Positions 1-10,907 of a stretch of 20,000 bases of DNA are shown here, piece after piece. A program made the position numbers and the translations under genes. Under the pieces are notes generated by a model, which ran no database searches, was not told the origin of the DNA, and worked only from the letters and a program-made list of their open reading frames with translations. Numbering within the stretch: the first letter of the stretch is position 1; every line of letters starts with the position of its first letter. The stretch lies in contig JALGPX010000002.1 of assembly GCA_023515795.1 (NCBI GenBank), positions 174,449 through 194,448 of the forward strand, written 5' to 3'. Source of the stretch: Amoeboaphelidium occidentale (Eukaryota).

Positions 1-2
1 TC

Positions 3-380
3 GATCTTTCTACAAACTTTGTTCATGGAGTTCACTCTTCCCGAAGAATCATTGATGCAAGAAATCCAATCGTTTCGCCATTCTTTGCAAGCAAGGAGTT
101 ACTTCGCGAGTCTTTGCCTCCAGTTCTTATCCAACTTGGACAAAAGGAATGCCTGGTGAATGAGGGTGTTTGGTTGGCAAATCAATTAGACGATTCTCAC
201 TATGAGCTGGTTTCAAAACACACAATTGGTCATGAAGAAAAGTTCTCTCAAAATAATACGTGCTATTGTGAAGTTTATGAAGATATGACGCACGTCTTTC
301 AAATTTTCTTCTCATTCAAGTATGCACCTTCTACAAAAGCTATTGAGCGTTTCTGCTACTTCATCAACAAAAACGCCTAA
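3..380 (+). CDS. 3' end of an HSL/Abhydrolase_3-family alpha/beta hydrolase (5'-truncated by window)
   Basis: Frame is open from base 3: ...NPIVSPFFA...LPPVLIQLGQKECLVNEG...EVYEDMTHVFQIF, matching the C-terminal acid/His region of HSL-family esterases; TAA at 378-380. Confidence 0.75.
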   Translation, partial: DLSTNFVHGVHSSRRIIDARNPIVSPFFASKELLRESLPPVLIQLGQKECLVNEGVWLANQLDDSHYELVSKHTIGHEEKFSQNNTCYCEVYEDMTHVFQIFFSFKYAPSTKAIERFCYFINKNA

Positions 381-385
381 GTCAC

Positions 386-2340
386 TCATTTAGATTTACA
401 AGTAATATCTTTGCATAATTCAATCAATAAATTCCATAATTCTGCTTCTTTCAAGTAATATCCTGTCCAGCAGGAGAGAATTTCATTCAGTAGTCTGAAG
501 TGCATGATGCCTTTTGACGAGCTGCGTTTCAGAATGATATCTTTACGAACGTGCCTTGCTAAATATTCATCGCATTCTTTCAACGGTACAGCATGAACAT
601 CATTCTTGTAGAGTATGTTAATCCATCCTTCGTTACTGGATTCTGAAGACCATGAAGGCAGTGGAGTAGGATGAGAAGCACCAAACCAAGGCAAAGGATT
701 TGCAATGCTCAAGAAATATTTCAGCTTCAAACCAGAACCTTTCCCAAAGATCTCTGCAGCAGTGGGAATATTCAACTCGTCTTGTAACTTTCCAAGAGCA
801 AGTGCCGATACAAGTGCTCCTGTTGTGTATGCAATTATCATTACTATTGCGCTTGTATTCCGATATTCATTAGATAAGGAATTCAAAACCTTTTGGAATC
901 CATCATGTATCTTAGTTCGAACATAATGCTCCGCCCAATAAGATAATGCTATAGGAAATCTGCATAGAATTTGATGTCGACCATAGGAATAGATGGAACT
1001 TACAGGATCTAATCCTTTCGTGCGAATCTCATTATCCTTCGACATCAATAAATCATATCGAAGAAGGTGTAGATCAAAAGTAATGTTCTTTTTTGAAGCC
1101 TTCGCTAGCTGTTCCATACTACTACTCAAACCAATTTTTACTTGCTCGATTTCGGAATCGATTTGAGAAGCAGTAGACATTCCATGCACATACACAAAGA
1201 CAAAACGTTGTTCTTTTGCGGCACTATCTGAGATGATCGTTCTGGTATAAACTTTTTCAATCGAAACTGCTTCCTCATCTTTATCCCAAGGTGAAACAGG
1301 CGATCGAAGCATAGGGACTTTTTCATTGAAGTCCATGTTTTCCTTTATCTCAGAGGCCATAGTTTTGTACACATCATCATCGTAGAAATACATAAAATGA
1401 CTAAACGGTGTTATTCGCCCTATGAAAATCAGCAAGAACGTCACCATACTTTTGAATAGCCCAAACAGCACTTGAATAACCGAAAACACACTCACAGACT
1501 TCAGCTTCTTGGTATATTGCGTGATCTCGTTCATATCTGGCATGAATCCAAACTCAACATCTTTCACATGAGCAACTTCCTCACCTTGAACGCTAATACC
1601 ACTCGAGAGAATATCAGAAGTGTAATGAATATTAGTCCAAGGTATCTGAACTTTCCTATGAAATGGCCTAATAGGATGATGCCAATTGACAGCACAACCA
1701 AGGGTGATCAACAGCTTGAACTGTTGCAACAACAAACGCCCTTCCAAAGTGAAACCATCTTGACACTCTGATTGCAAATAATTAGTTAAAAATTCCACAC
1801 CCAGCGTAGCACCCATGCTAAAACCAACCAAAACAAAAGAAATATCATCATCATCGCTACTTTGAGAAGAGTCTTGCATCATTTCCTGTCCAAGTTCGTT
1901 CACAGTTTCAATAACATGATGAAACATATCCTGNNNNNNNNNNNNNNNNNNNNCAAAACAAAAGAAATATCATCATCATCGGTACTTTGAGAAGAGTCTT
2001 GCATCATTTCCTGTCCAAGTTCGTTCACAGTTTCAATAACATGATGAAACATATCCTGTCGAACGCTCTCCGAACCCCAAAACGAAAGGCCCATATTCAG
2101 AACCCTTAAAGGAAGCATTCTAAGGATTGTTTTCCAGTCTAGCCAACTGTACTTGAGTCTTTTACACATTTTTAACTGACGGTCCTCATGCAAGCGAGCA
2201 TAATTAACATACTTCACAACAACCTTCAGGTCTGAGCCTTCAAACTCTTTTCTTATTTGCTTCTCAAAGTGCTTATTAACAATATCAACCTGATCAGCAA
2301 AGCTTAGTCCGTGCAAGAACAAAACACCAATCTGTTTCAT
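386..2340 (-). CDS. Protein with two tandem alpha/beta-hydrolase-like domains; one gene split by an assembly gap
   Basis: ATG at 2340 (MKQIGVLFLHGL). ORFs 1900-2352 and 386-1927 join once the 105-bp duplicate around the N gap is collapsed. Domain 1: LHG, GFSMG, WTNIHYTSD, SHFMYF. Domain 2: VHG, AYTTG, NPLPWF, WINILYKND, WTGYY. Confidence 0.7.
1829..2058. repeat. 105-bp duplicate across a 20-N gap (1829-1933 and 1954-2058); contig-overlap artefact
   Basis: Copies are identical except C1857/G1982 and abut Ns at 1934-1953. Confidence 0.9.
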
Positions 2341-2385
2341 CTCGAAGAGCAAGAAAACATTCGAACTGACAGAGGCATTTTATTT

Positions 2386-2511
2386 AAGCGTACAAGACGC
2401 AGCAAAATATCGCGTATAAAGACGGAAGTACCTCATTGCGCTTTAAGCAAGCAGTGGACCCAGCATCTCTGTGGGGCCAAGACCTTCTGCTAAATCATTT
2501 GGAGCACCAAA
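2386..2511. repeat. Direct repeat copy 1 (126 bp; copy 2 at 4723-4848)
   Basis: AAGCGTACAAGACGC...GGAGCACCAAA; one mismatch (C2487/T4824). Similarity extends about 12 bp further left with an indel. Confidence 0.95.
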
Positions 2512-2712
2512 AATAATACCTCAATCCAGACCTCTAACTTGCCGATCAAGTAGAAATACATCAATATCCGCAAATCAAAAACCCATAGGACACTGGACGG
2601 GGTATATCAGCAAAAAGTTTGATTTGGATTCCGTGGAAATGAAACGAATCGTATTGCACATAAACGCCCAATCAAGTGGACTCTTGTGAAACGGTGCCTT
2701 TGATTTTATTCG

Positions 2713-4509
2713 ATGAATCAACGGCTACCGAAAGAAGGGTTATTGGAATTCTTGCGCAAATTGAAACCAGAACCATCTGATCTAATTGAAGAATTGAACG
2801 CTGATTATGAGTTTACCGTTGGTAAGTGGATAGAGCGCTCAGAAGAAGGCTGGTTGCGACGCTATCCAAACTACGGAGACGACATCTACAATCACATCAA
2901 GGCAAAAATAGGACGACAAGCAGGCTCCGTTCCACCTGATAGTATCGCTCTGGCTGCTGGTATACCACATAACGGATATCTCTTGAGAACTGCTGTTTCT
3001 GCATTAGATCCCGATACAAATGAAGGTGTCCCTGGGACATTCAATACACAAAGAAAGGAACTAGTTGATAGTATTTTACATCTTATGGAACGTAAAGGAT
3101 TGTTCTACATCAGGGCGCCTCCATTCTGCGGGAAAACGGGCCTTTGTCAATTGTTATGCATGCGACTACTCGAAGCCGAGCCTGGTGCCGCTGTTTTACA
3201 TATTAGATGTAATGAATTGGATGAAGGTGAAAGCTTTCGCGAATTTTTCAAAAGAAAGTACAAATGCGCGTGGGAGGATTTTGTGGAACAACCATTCAAA
3301 AAGTATTTGTTGTTGGATGAAGGGCAGTGCACATATGCTGATATCTGGCTGTGGAAAACGCTGTGCAAGAATCAGTTATCACGGATTGAAAAAGGCCTGC
3401 ACTTACTAGTAGCGTCCGCCTATGGTAGCTTTGACTCACTCAGGGCACGAAGGCGTTCCGGAACCCCAATACAAATTCCTGCCCAGAACATGTTTGAGTT
3501 AAAAGATCTTATTTTAAAGAGAACAGAGTTTAATGAGATGGTTTCTGGGAGTCGTTTTGAACAACATTCTGATATAATTTGGCAAGCTTGTGGTGCTCAT
3601 ATAGGTGTAGCTTCAAGAATCTTAATCACGCTTAATCACAACCGCCGGCCTAATGAACAATTTACTCCTAATTACATTGCTAACTGGTTATACTCTGATA
3701 GTATGATCCGCTCGTTGCCTGCACAAAGAGGTTTTATCGATATGCCAGCAGTCGAAACTATCAAAACGATTTATGAGATTTCTGATGCGGCATACTCGCG
3801 AATGCTTAATGTTTTACGAGAGGTAGCTGAAGGCAAAGACGTCCCTACTAAGGATCCTGATCGGTCGCCTGGAAGCAAAGAAGCCGTGACCATTTTGCTG
3901 AAGCATGGGTTTCTATTCGACACATCGGAAGGATTTCTGACATTCGCTTCCAATGCGCACTTGAATTTCTGGTTGGCTTCCTTTCGCACTGATAGCAGCA
4001 TTTGGTTCTTTGATTCTGGTGACATCGTATCATTTGTAGTCGAATCCGTTTCCCGTATGAGCAGGAAGCTATTATCTGACGTTGTTAAAGAAAATCATGG
4101 TCGTAGTCGTGAGAGACAAATCCATGCTGTTTACTATAATGCGGTAACTTCTTTAGTTCCCAAGAAGCACCGAGTGGTTACCGAATGGCAAACTACCGAC
4201 CGTGATGGTTATGTTGACATAGTGATAAGGATCAGCGACTCCGATTTATGGTTCCTGGAGTTGTTGGTTGATGGAGAGCGAGCCCAGCAGCACAATGACC
4301 GCTTTGAATCTTATGGTAATTATTCAAAAGATGTCCAGGCTTACGGTGGAAAGTATGCTCTGATTGATTTTCGCTTAACTACCCGTATTAAAAAAAGAAG
4401 GACGGATTTCGTTTATGTTACGTTTTCAGAGAATTACAAGAATGCGACAATACAGTATGGCACATCTGAATCTAACTCTTCCACCATTACAAGAGAATTG
4501 AATGAATAG
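2713..4509 (+). CDS. Crinkler/RHS-like (CR) protein: short helical header + P-loop NTPase + PD-(D/E)XK restriction-endonuclease-like domain, 598 aa, intronless
   Basis: Walker A APPFCGKT, Walker B LLLDEGQ, ASAYGS...GTP; C-terminal ERQIH...GYVDIVI...WFLELLVDG...H..RF...YALIDFR, typical of fungal CR-NTPase+REase proteins. Confidence 0.8.
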   Translation: MNQRLPKEGLLEFLRKLKPEPSDLIEELNADYEFTVGKWIERSEEGWLRRYPNYGDDIYNHIKAKIGRQAGSVPPDSIALAAGIPHNGYLLRTAVSALDPDTNEGVPGTFNTQRKELVDSILHLMERKGLFYIRAPPFCGKTGLCQLLCMRLLEAEPGAAVLHIRCNELDEGESFREFFKRKYKCAWEDFVEQPFKKYLLLDEGQCTYADIWLWKTLCKNQLSRIEKGLHLLVASAYGSFDSLRARRRSGTPIQIPAQNMFELKDLILKRTEFNEMVSGSRFEQHSDIIWQACGAHIGVASRILITLNHNRRPNEQFTPNYIANWLYSDSMIRSLPAQRGFIDMPAVETIKTIYEISDAAYSRMLNVLREVAEGKDVPTKDPDRSPGSKEAVTILLKHGFLFDTSEGFLTFASNAHLNFWLASFRTDSSIWFFDSGDIVSFVVESVSRMSRKLLSDVVKENHGRSRERQIHAVYYNAVTSLVPKKHRVVTEWQTTDRDGYVDIVIRISDSDLWFLELLVDGERAQQHNDRFESYGNYSKDVQAYGGKYALIDFRLTTRIKKRRTDFVYVTFSENYKNATIQYGTSESNSSTITRELNE

Positions 4510-4722
4510 TAATAAAGAAATATCCAAATGCCATAAACGAAAAGAAACTGACCGATCAAAGACTCTCGCAACACTTGCATGAGAGAACTACATAGAGGGC
4601 TACGGTAATAAGATCTTAAGCTCTATCTGACTACATTTTTTTGAAGTATCAGATGGTAAAGGTTGAATGGCAACTTGGGTGACCGGCGAATCAACGGAGA
4701 ACACCAACAAGGGCATTTATTG

Positions 4723-4848
4723 AAGCGTACAAGACGCAGCAAAATATCGCGTATAAAGACGGAAGTACCTCATTGCGCTTTAAGCAAGCAGTGGACCCAG
4801 CATCTCTGTGGGGCCAAGACCTTTTGCTAAATCATTTGGAGCACCAAA
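4723..4848. repeat. Direct repeat copy 2; the last codons, stop and 3' UTR of the 4780-5568 gene
   Basis: Matches 2386-2511; on the minus strand it encodes FGAPNDLAKGLGPTEMLGPLLA* plus 3' UTR. Confidence 0.95.
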
Positions 4849-5568
4849 CATTTCTTTCAAACTTTTCACACTGAAGTAACTCACGCTCTTGTCTTCTTTC
4901 CGAGGATCATTTGGTGTTTTAACAATATCAAATAATACACCATAACGATTAGAAGTAGAACTGTTGTACCAGTCAGCACGTATTGTGTCCTTCTTTATGA
5001 TCACCACATCCCCGCGATTGTAAGTAACTTTCTCAAGCTTCTTAGTGCTCTTGTTGAACACCACCAAAGTACTTTCTGATTCCAGACCACCGAATACTAC
5101 ATAACCTGCCCTTTTTACGCTGTCACTGTGAAGTCTTTCAGCAAGAGTGCCTGGTGCAGACTCTAGATATGTCAGGGTGTGCTCCCAACCTTCTTCTGCT
5201 GGATACAACTCTTTCATTACAGATACCAACTTATCTAACTTGGGGTAAAGACCCTTTCTATAAACGCTTTCTTCAGAAACATTATAGTAACTTCGGCCAT
5301 GTGGAGGTTGAACAACAATGAAATCTTCTTCATATGGAATTGTGTCTCTTAGATTTAACTACCTTTTGTATGTAGACTCGACCATAGTTCTTAATACCTT
5401 CTTAACCACTATGTAATCCTTGTCGTTCTGTTCAAGATCTTCTATCGCAGGTCTTACTATGTGCACCGCTGATCTCGCCTGGCGCTTCCTATCTCTATCG
5501 TACACTCTCAATGCCACAATTTGCTCTGCCGTTTTATTTCTGTAATTTTTTGATACTCTCTTTGACAT
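4780..5568 (-). CDS. DSBH / 2OG-Fe(II) oxygenase-like protein, interrupted by one in-frame TAG (intron or nonsense)
   Basis: ORFs 5359-5577 and 4780-5229 are the same frame, separated only by TAG at 5361-5359. Motifs ESAPG...LHSD and RGDVVIIKKDTIRA resemble the PhyH-like HxD and GD.hhh.GD.hHA motifs; the distal His is replaced by Arg. Confidence 0.5.
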
Positions 5569-5687
5569 GACGAACAATGTTTACAAGAGTTTGGGATGAA
5601 ACAACTTGATAGCGCAGAGAAAACAGGCTCGGGTTGAACATTCTAATGCGATTTTATGAATTACTCGACTTCATATACTTGAAACGG

Positions 5688-6803
5688 TTATTTTTCTATT
5701 AGGGCTTGCAGAACGTCGTTGACGTGCTTGTGGGAGGAACTATCCCGAAATTGTTTTGAGATCGTAGGACTTAGTAGCGATAGTATATGGCAAGTATGAG
5801 TACTCTCGTTGCATAAGAATAGCTTCGACTCAACATTCTTGCTCTTCAATGCTTCATAAAAATTAATGCTTTGACTCGCAGGTACTGTTTGATCATTCAA
5901 ACCATGAACCAAATGAACTTTGCAAGAGAGATTATCCGAGATGTTATAAAGTGGCGATGCTTCAATAAAGTCTTCCTCGGTATTGCGCATTAACCTTCCC
6001 ATAGCACTAATCTCTTCAACACCACGCGAGGTTTCATACTCAAAATGCTGCGAAATATCATAAACACCACCGATTAAGAGTAAGCCTTTGACACGAAATT
6101 CAGAACCCTTACTCGAAGAGCTTAAGAAGCATTGAGCCGCTAAATGAGCTCCAGCAGAATGAGCAATAACATGGAACTTGTCGGAATCGCCATTATAACT
6201 GTTACAGTTGTGTAATGACCATTTCATAGACTTGAGAATGTCTTGCAGCATGTCTTTAAGCTCAGTCACTACAGGGAACAATCTGTACTCTGGAATTATC
6301 ACGGTGTAGCCTTGAGAGGCCAAGTGAAACCCAATGGAACGATATAGAGCTTTGGACCCGCTCATCCATGCGCCACCATACAAAAACATAATGACAGGAC
6401 TTTTAGTTGAACCTTCATTCCAGAACACATCCATCTCCGGAAACCCTTCTTGTTTTACGGTCTTGCTAAAAATCAGAAGGTTATGTGCTATTGAATCTTA
6501 CTGCTGCGCCACTTTAGAACAGTACTCATATTTGATATAATCATACAAAACTCTCCAGTAATCCATATCCACGTACATTGATAAGCTCTCGACCAGGGCC
6601 TTGTTAATTAGGAGCACCCTCTTGAATCCATAAGGTAACTTTAAAAGCACACCAGAATTCGTTTGAGCATACACCAGATACACAAGACTCGCATTGATAA
6701 ACATCATAATCATCACAGGAACACATAAAAATAAAGAAGATATAATGGAAAAGTGCAGCATAAAGGAAGCTGAAGTCGATACGAATTTCTTGACAAAAAC
6801 CAT
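5688..6803 (-). CDS. Isoprenylcysteine methylesterase-like (ICME / BD-FAE-type) alpha/beta hydrolase; exons 6803-6502 and 6465-5688
   Basis: A 36-nt GTAAGA...TTTTAG intron (6501-6466) joins the two ORFs in frame. YGGAW oxyanion motif, AHSAG nucleophile, HGLNDQTVP, distal His; hydrophobic N-terminus. Confidence 0.75.
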
Positions 6804-6912
6804 CCAATAGTGCCCGATGGACTCTTTTAAGAGGACAGAGGGTGTAAAGACATGGACTCGCGTTTTTTTCAGGGGTACGAATGGCGTGATTCTTTTGGTT
6901 CATTTGCTGATG

Positions 6913-7476
6913 GGCGTTCAACTTTTAGGTTTCGAATAGATTTCATATTTTCATATACAAAGCGTATCTGTTGCATCCTTAGGTAGATCTATTTGTTTCT
7001 TATACTTTCCATTCTTAACTATCTTCTTTCATCTTGCCGTTTCAAGTAGCGCGGCGTGAAGGGCGCAGAAGAACCTAGGCAAATTTACCAGAGCAGTTGA
7101 TTTTTTACATTTAAAAGTGACTGCTGATATCAAATCGTCCGTGTTCTGTAAACAGTGATCATCTATCTCCGGTTTTCGCTTTCTACNTGATTTTGTGATT
7201 GGCGTTCAACTTTTAGGTTTCGAATAGATTTCATATTTTCATATACAAAGTGTATCTGTTGCATCCTTAGGTAGATCTATTTGTTTCTTATACTTTCCAT
7301 TCTTAACTATCTTCTTTCATCTTGCCGTTTCAAGTAGCGCGGCGTGAAGGACGCAGAAGAAAACAAAGCAAAACTTATCAGCACTGCTGATTTTTTACAT
7401 TTAAAAGTGACTGCTGATATCAAATCGTCCGTGTTCTGTAAACAGTGATCATCTATCTCCGGTTTTCGCTTTCTAC
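6913..7476. repeat. About 275-bp near-duplicate across a single N (6913-7186 and 7201-7476); probably two haplotypes
   Basis: Near-identical copies with one divergent patch (about 7062-7097 vs 7350-7387) and N at 7187. Confidence 0.85.
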
Positions 7477-8738
7477 AGTTTGGTTGCGGTTGATTAAACA
7501 ATCGCTAAGAGCGTTGTTTCAGCTGTGTGAATGCTTAGCAATCTTGGCTCAATTAGCTGTCTGTCTATGCAGTATTGTAGAACAAAAACGATGATCTAAG
7601 AGATTCAAATGTAATGCAAGCTTGTGTGCGCGACATAGAGCTTCATGCAACAATTGCCACTGTAAATTAAAGGCTGACTGTGGCTCATGTATTTACAATT
7701 TCGTGCCAGTGCTACTTAGTATGCTGGTCTCCCTTGATATGATGATGTATGCCCTTTCCTGCTGTAATTGGTTGGATGGCTAAAGTGCTCTGCGATCATC
7801 TCGTGGCGATACCATCACTGAAACAACCGAAAATTCTATGATGACACCCAATGTTATTTCATTAAACAAGCAGGAAAAATGATCATGGAAAGAAGAATAA
7901 AATAATACATGTCTATTGAACGCCCAGAGATTTCATCCAAGGTTTTTCGTGCTGAAACAATTGAGCGTATTGTACAATATTCCATCATCGAACAAAGAAA
8001 CACCTGATAGAAAACGATCTTTATTTGCTCTCCCCAATTATTCAACCCTCGGTGGAATTGTAATACGAGGTCAACCTTTACCTGAATCTCCAGTTATCAT
8101 CAGTTAACTCTGATACGCTTGAATGGATGATGATAGCTCTGTAAAATCCAATAAAAATATGCTTTAGCAGCTACTGCAAGTGTGATCATAGTGAAGAATC
8201 AATTAGTAGTAGTAAAGCAGGCGTGTCTGAAGCGTTAAATTGAAATCCTTTCAAAGGTTAATGTTTACAGGGCCGCTGGCCCTGTCTTTCTACAACTAAT
8301 TTAACAAAACTTCTTATCTGCGAGAACTTTCGTGGTATACAGTAAATCTTGGGGTCAATATAACTCCACGCATTATCGCTCTCTTTTTGTTGCTAGAAGA
8401 GTATCGCTGCGCTCAGCTTTATTCATAAATACAACAGATGCCTGATACTCTCGGATGAACTTATAAAGTGTTGGAATGTCCACAGAAAGCCTTGCTTTGT
8501 GCGACATCTTTGCCTTATTTCAATGCAGATTCGTCACCTCATTGCAACTCTAGTAATCACAATATATCTCCTTATGATTTCACAAATAAAAACGTCCATC
8601 GGACTTCGTGTAGCAATGAAGAGCGCATTCGATGCGTGCTGAAGCGTCTACCGCTAGTATAAATCGCCAACCGAAATCACGATGATCGGCTCAACAAATT
8701 TTTTCTATTCAAACGAAAGTTTAACACACAAAAAGAAA

Positions 8739-9705
8739 ATGGTACGCTTTAATGGACCATCTGAGATTCTAATACGTTCTCTGTAGCCTGGATATTTGCC
8801 TAAAGTTTACAGCAGAAAGAAGAGAGTACGTGCTTTGCTTTAGAGGCCCTGATCGTGTTGCTAATGATGAGCCTTTTATTTCTGACACCTCTTGTTTGAG
8901 TACTGTCGTACAATGAACTTGGCATACCCGGCCTTATGGGGTCTGAGCGCAACACGGCCTCTTTTGTCTGAGGAACTTGATCTAACTTTTGTAGTTTGTC
9001 GCTGATGGTGTCTTCTACGCTGAAGTTAATGAATTCTTCACTCGTGAATTGGCTGAAGACGGTTATGCCGGTGTTGAAGTCAGAGTTACTCCTTCAAGAA
9101 CTGAAATTGTTATCCGTGCTACACGTACTCAGCGTGTTTTGGGTGAAAAGGGTCGTCGTATCCGTGAATTGACCTCTTTGATCCAAAAGAGATTTGGTTT
9201 CGCTGAAGGACAGGTTGAATTATTCGCTGACAGAGTTCTTAACCGTGGTTTGTGTGCTATGGCTCAGGCTGAATCCCTTCGTTACAAATTGTTGGGTGGT
9301 TTGGCTGTTCGTCGTGCTTGCTACGGTGTCTTGCGTTATGTCATGGAATCTGGCGCAAAGGGTTGTGAAGTTGTTGTTTCTGGTAAATTGAGAGGTGCTA
9401 GAGCAAAGTCTATGAAGTTTGTTCAGGGTTTCATGATCCACTCTGGTCAGCCAAAGCGTGACTTCATTGACTACGCTGTCAGACACGTCTTGTTGAGACA
9501 AGGTGTTTTGGGTGTTAAGGTCAAGATCATGAAGGATACTGACGAAGAAGGAAAGGTTGGACCTAAGCATCCTTTACCTGACTCTGTTACCATTTTGGAT
9601 CCAAAGCCAGAAGAGAACTACCAGACTGTTATTCAATCTGAAGATCTAAGTGGAAGCGCTCCTGCTCCTGGTGCCCCAGCTGCTGCTGCTCCTGTTCAGG
9701 TTTAA
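8739..9705 (+). CDS. RPS3: 40S ribosomal protein S3 (uS3); exons 8739-8741, 8787-8825, 8995-9705
   Basis: Spliced product [38 protein letters not shown]...[11 protein letters not shown]...[20 protein letters not shown]. Introns are GTACG...CTAAY...TAG (8742-8786, 8826-8994). Strongly biased codon usage. Confidence 0.97.
8854..8956 (+). ncRNA. Intronic box C/D snoRNA, snR48/SNORD60(U60)-like
   Basis: Box C ATGATGA 8864-8870, box D CTGA 8943-8946, terminal stem CGTGTTGC/GCAACACG. Guide TTTCTGACACCTCTTG (8879-8894) before D' TTGA (8896-8899) is complementary to the conserved LSU rRNA segment GAGGTGTCAGAAA. Confidence 0.85.
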
Positions 9706-10907
9706 ATGAAATAAATGGGGGATTTTCACTTAAAATTTTTTTGTGATATGCAAACTTTTTGCAAAATCGAGCTCACGAAGTTCGAGTTAGCTGGTCAGCG
9801 AGTCCGAGTTAGCTCCTCACGCGAGAAAACGTAATAAAAACACTCGGAAAAGTCCTCTTACCTTCTTTTATTGTTTCTATCGGGCTAACGGTCGATTAAA
9901 ATTATGATATTGCACAATGAACAGCCGTTCAAAGTCACGATTTCGCTGATACTACAGCCCTGAGACGTAACTGGTGACTTGGAACTTCAGATATGCTCCG
10001 ATTTATCAGGCTGAGCTGTTTCAAGGTCATATTGGAGAGATCGAATGTTCTGTGTGGAGTACACGCTATTGGAACCCGACTATAATTTGAAACTCTTTGT
10101 GAAGCCTTGTTTCAGTGAATGTTTCAGGCAAGGACATGCAAGGATGAGAGTGTAATTGGTGTAAAGATGAGTTCTGGTGCCTTTTCATACTCTTTATTGA
10201 TAGGTTGTTTGAATGCGTCTCCGATTTACTGCGTAGAATAGGAAATGGATCAGATCTCCCTTAGGCCAATTTCTACAGATTTTGTCCTAAGAGAAATCTT
10301 TCGATTGGATATATAGAGATTGGAAATTAATGAAACCACTACAGCACGCCCACTACAGGAGTAGCAGGCATTAATGCAAGATGATTTCGACGCACTTTGT
10401 TCAGGGTATGCATGACATTTAAGCTTGAAACTCTTTATTGAATAGATTCTCATTGCATTGCATTCCCCAAAGTACTGTCATTAGCCAGTAAATCAATTGA
10501 AACTTAGTCTTTCGTATTCAATGTAGTCAATTGCACTTCTCGAGTCTCATTTAACCCGCTCTCTAACTTCACGCTCTCCGTCTGACAGATGAAACCAAAT
10601 ACCACCGGATCTTGGTGAAGACGAAATGCGACAAGCGAATACGTTCCGATTCGTCCATTTGGATTAAGTTATAGACATTGACAGACTTGGCACGAAGAAT
10701 GTCTACATTTTCTGTTGGACTCTTTCAGTGATCAGTTTAGCGATTAGGTCAAATATCACACCTCAACACCACTTTAAATTGAATCAACAAGGCTAGTGTA
10801 ACCGGCTTTGAAACGCAAATAAATATCATATTCGTACGTTTCTATCATGCGTCTTTCCTGCTATAGCTTGTTTGGGTGATCTTCGGTTTCAGGCTTGTTT
10901 TGTAACA

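Noticed and set aside
1829..2058. Tandem duplication inside the hydrolase gene, or two separate genes
   Set aside because: The copies abut a 20-N gap and collapse into one continuous ORF; assembly overlap.
4624..4655. Hairpin ATCTGACTAC...GTATCAGAT in the CR cassette 3' region
   Set aside because: Short, bulged and AT-rich; not distinguishable from chance without homologues.
6913..7476. LTR pair or biological tandem repeat
   Set aside because: Joined by an N with no internal element; best explained as uncollapsed haplotypes.
9220..9570. Antisense or alternate-frame ORFs over RPS3 (likewise over PHO81, the CDK and the CR gene)
   Set aside because: Shadow ORFs of real genes with no motifs of their own.
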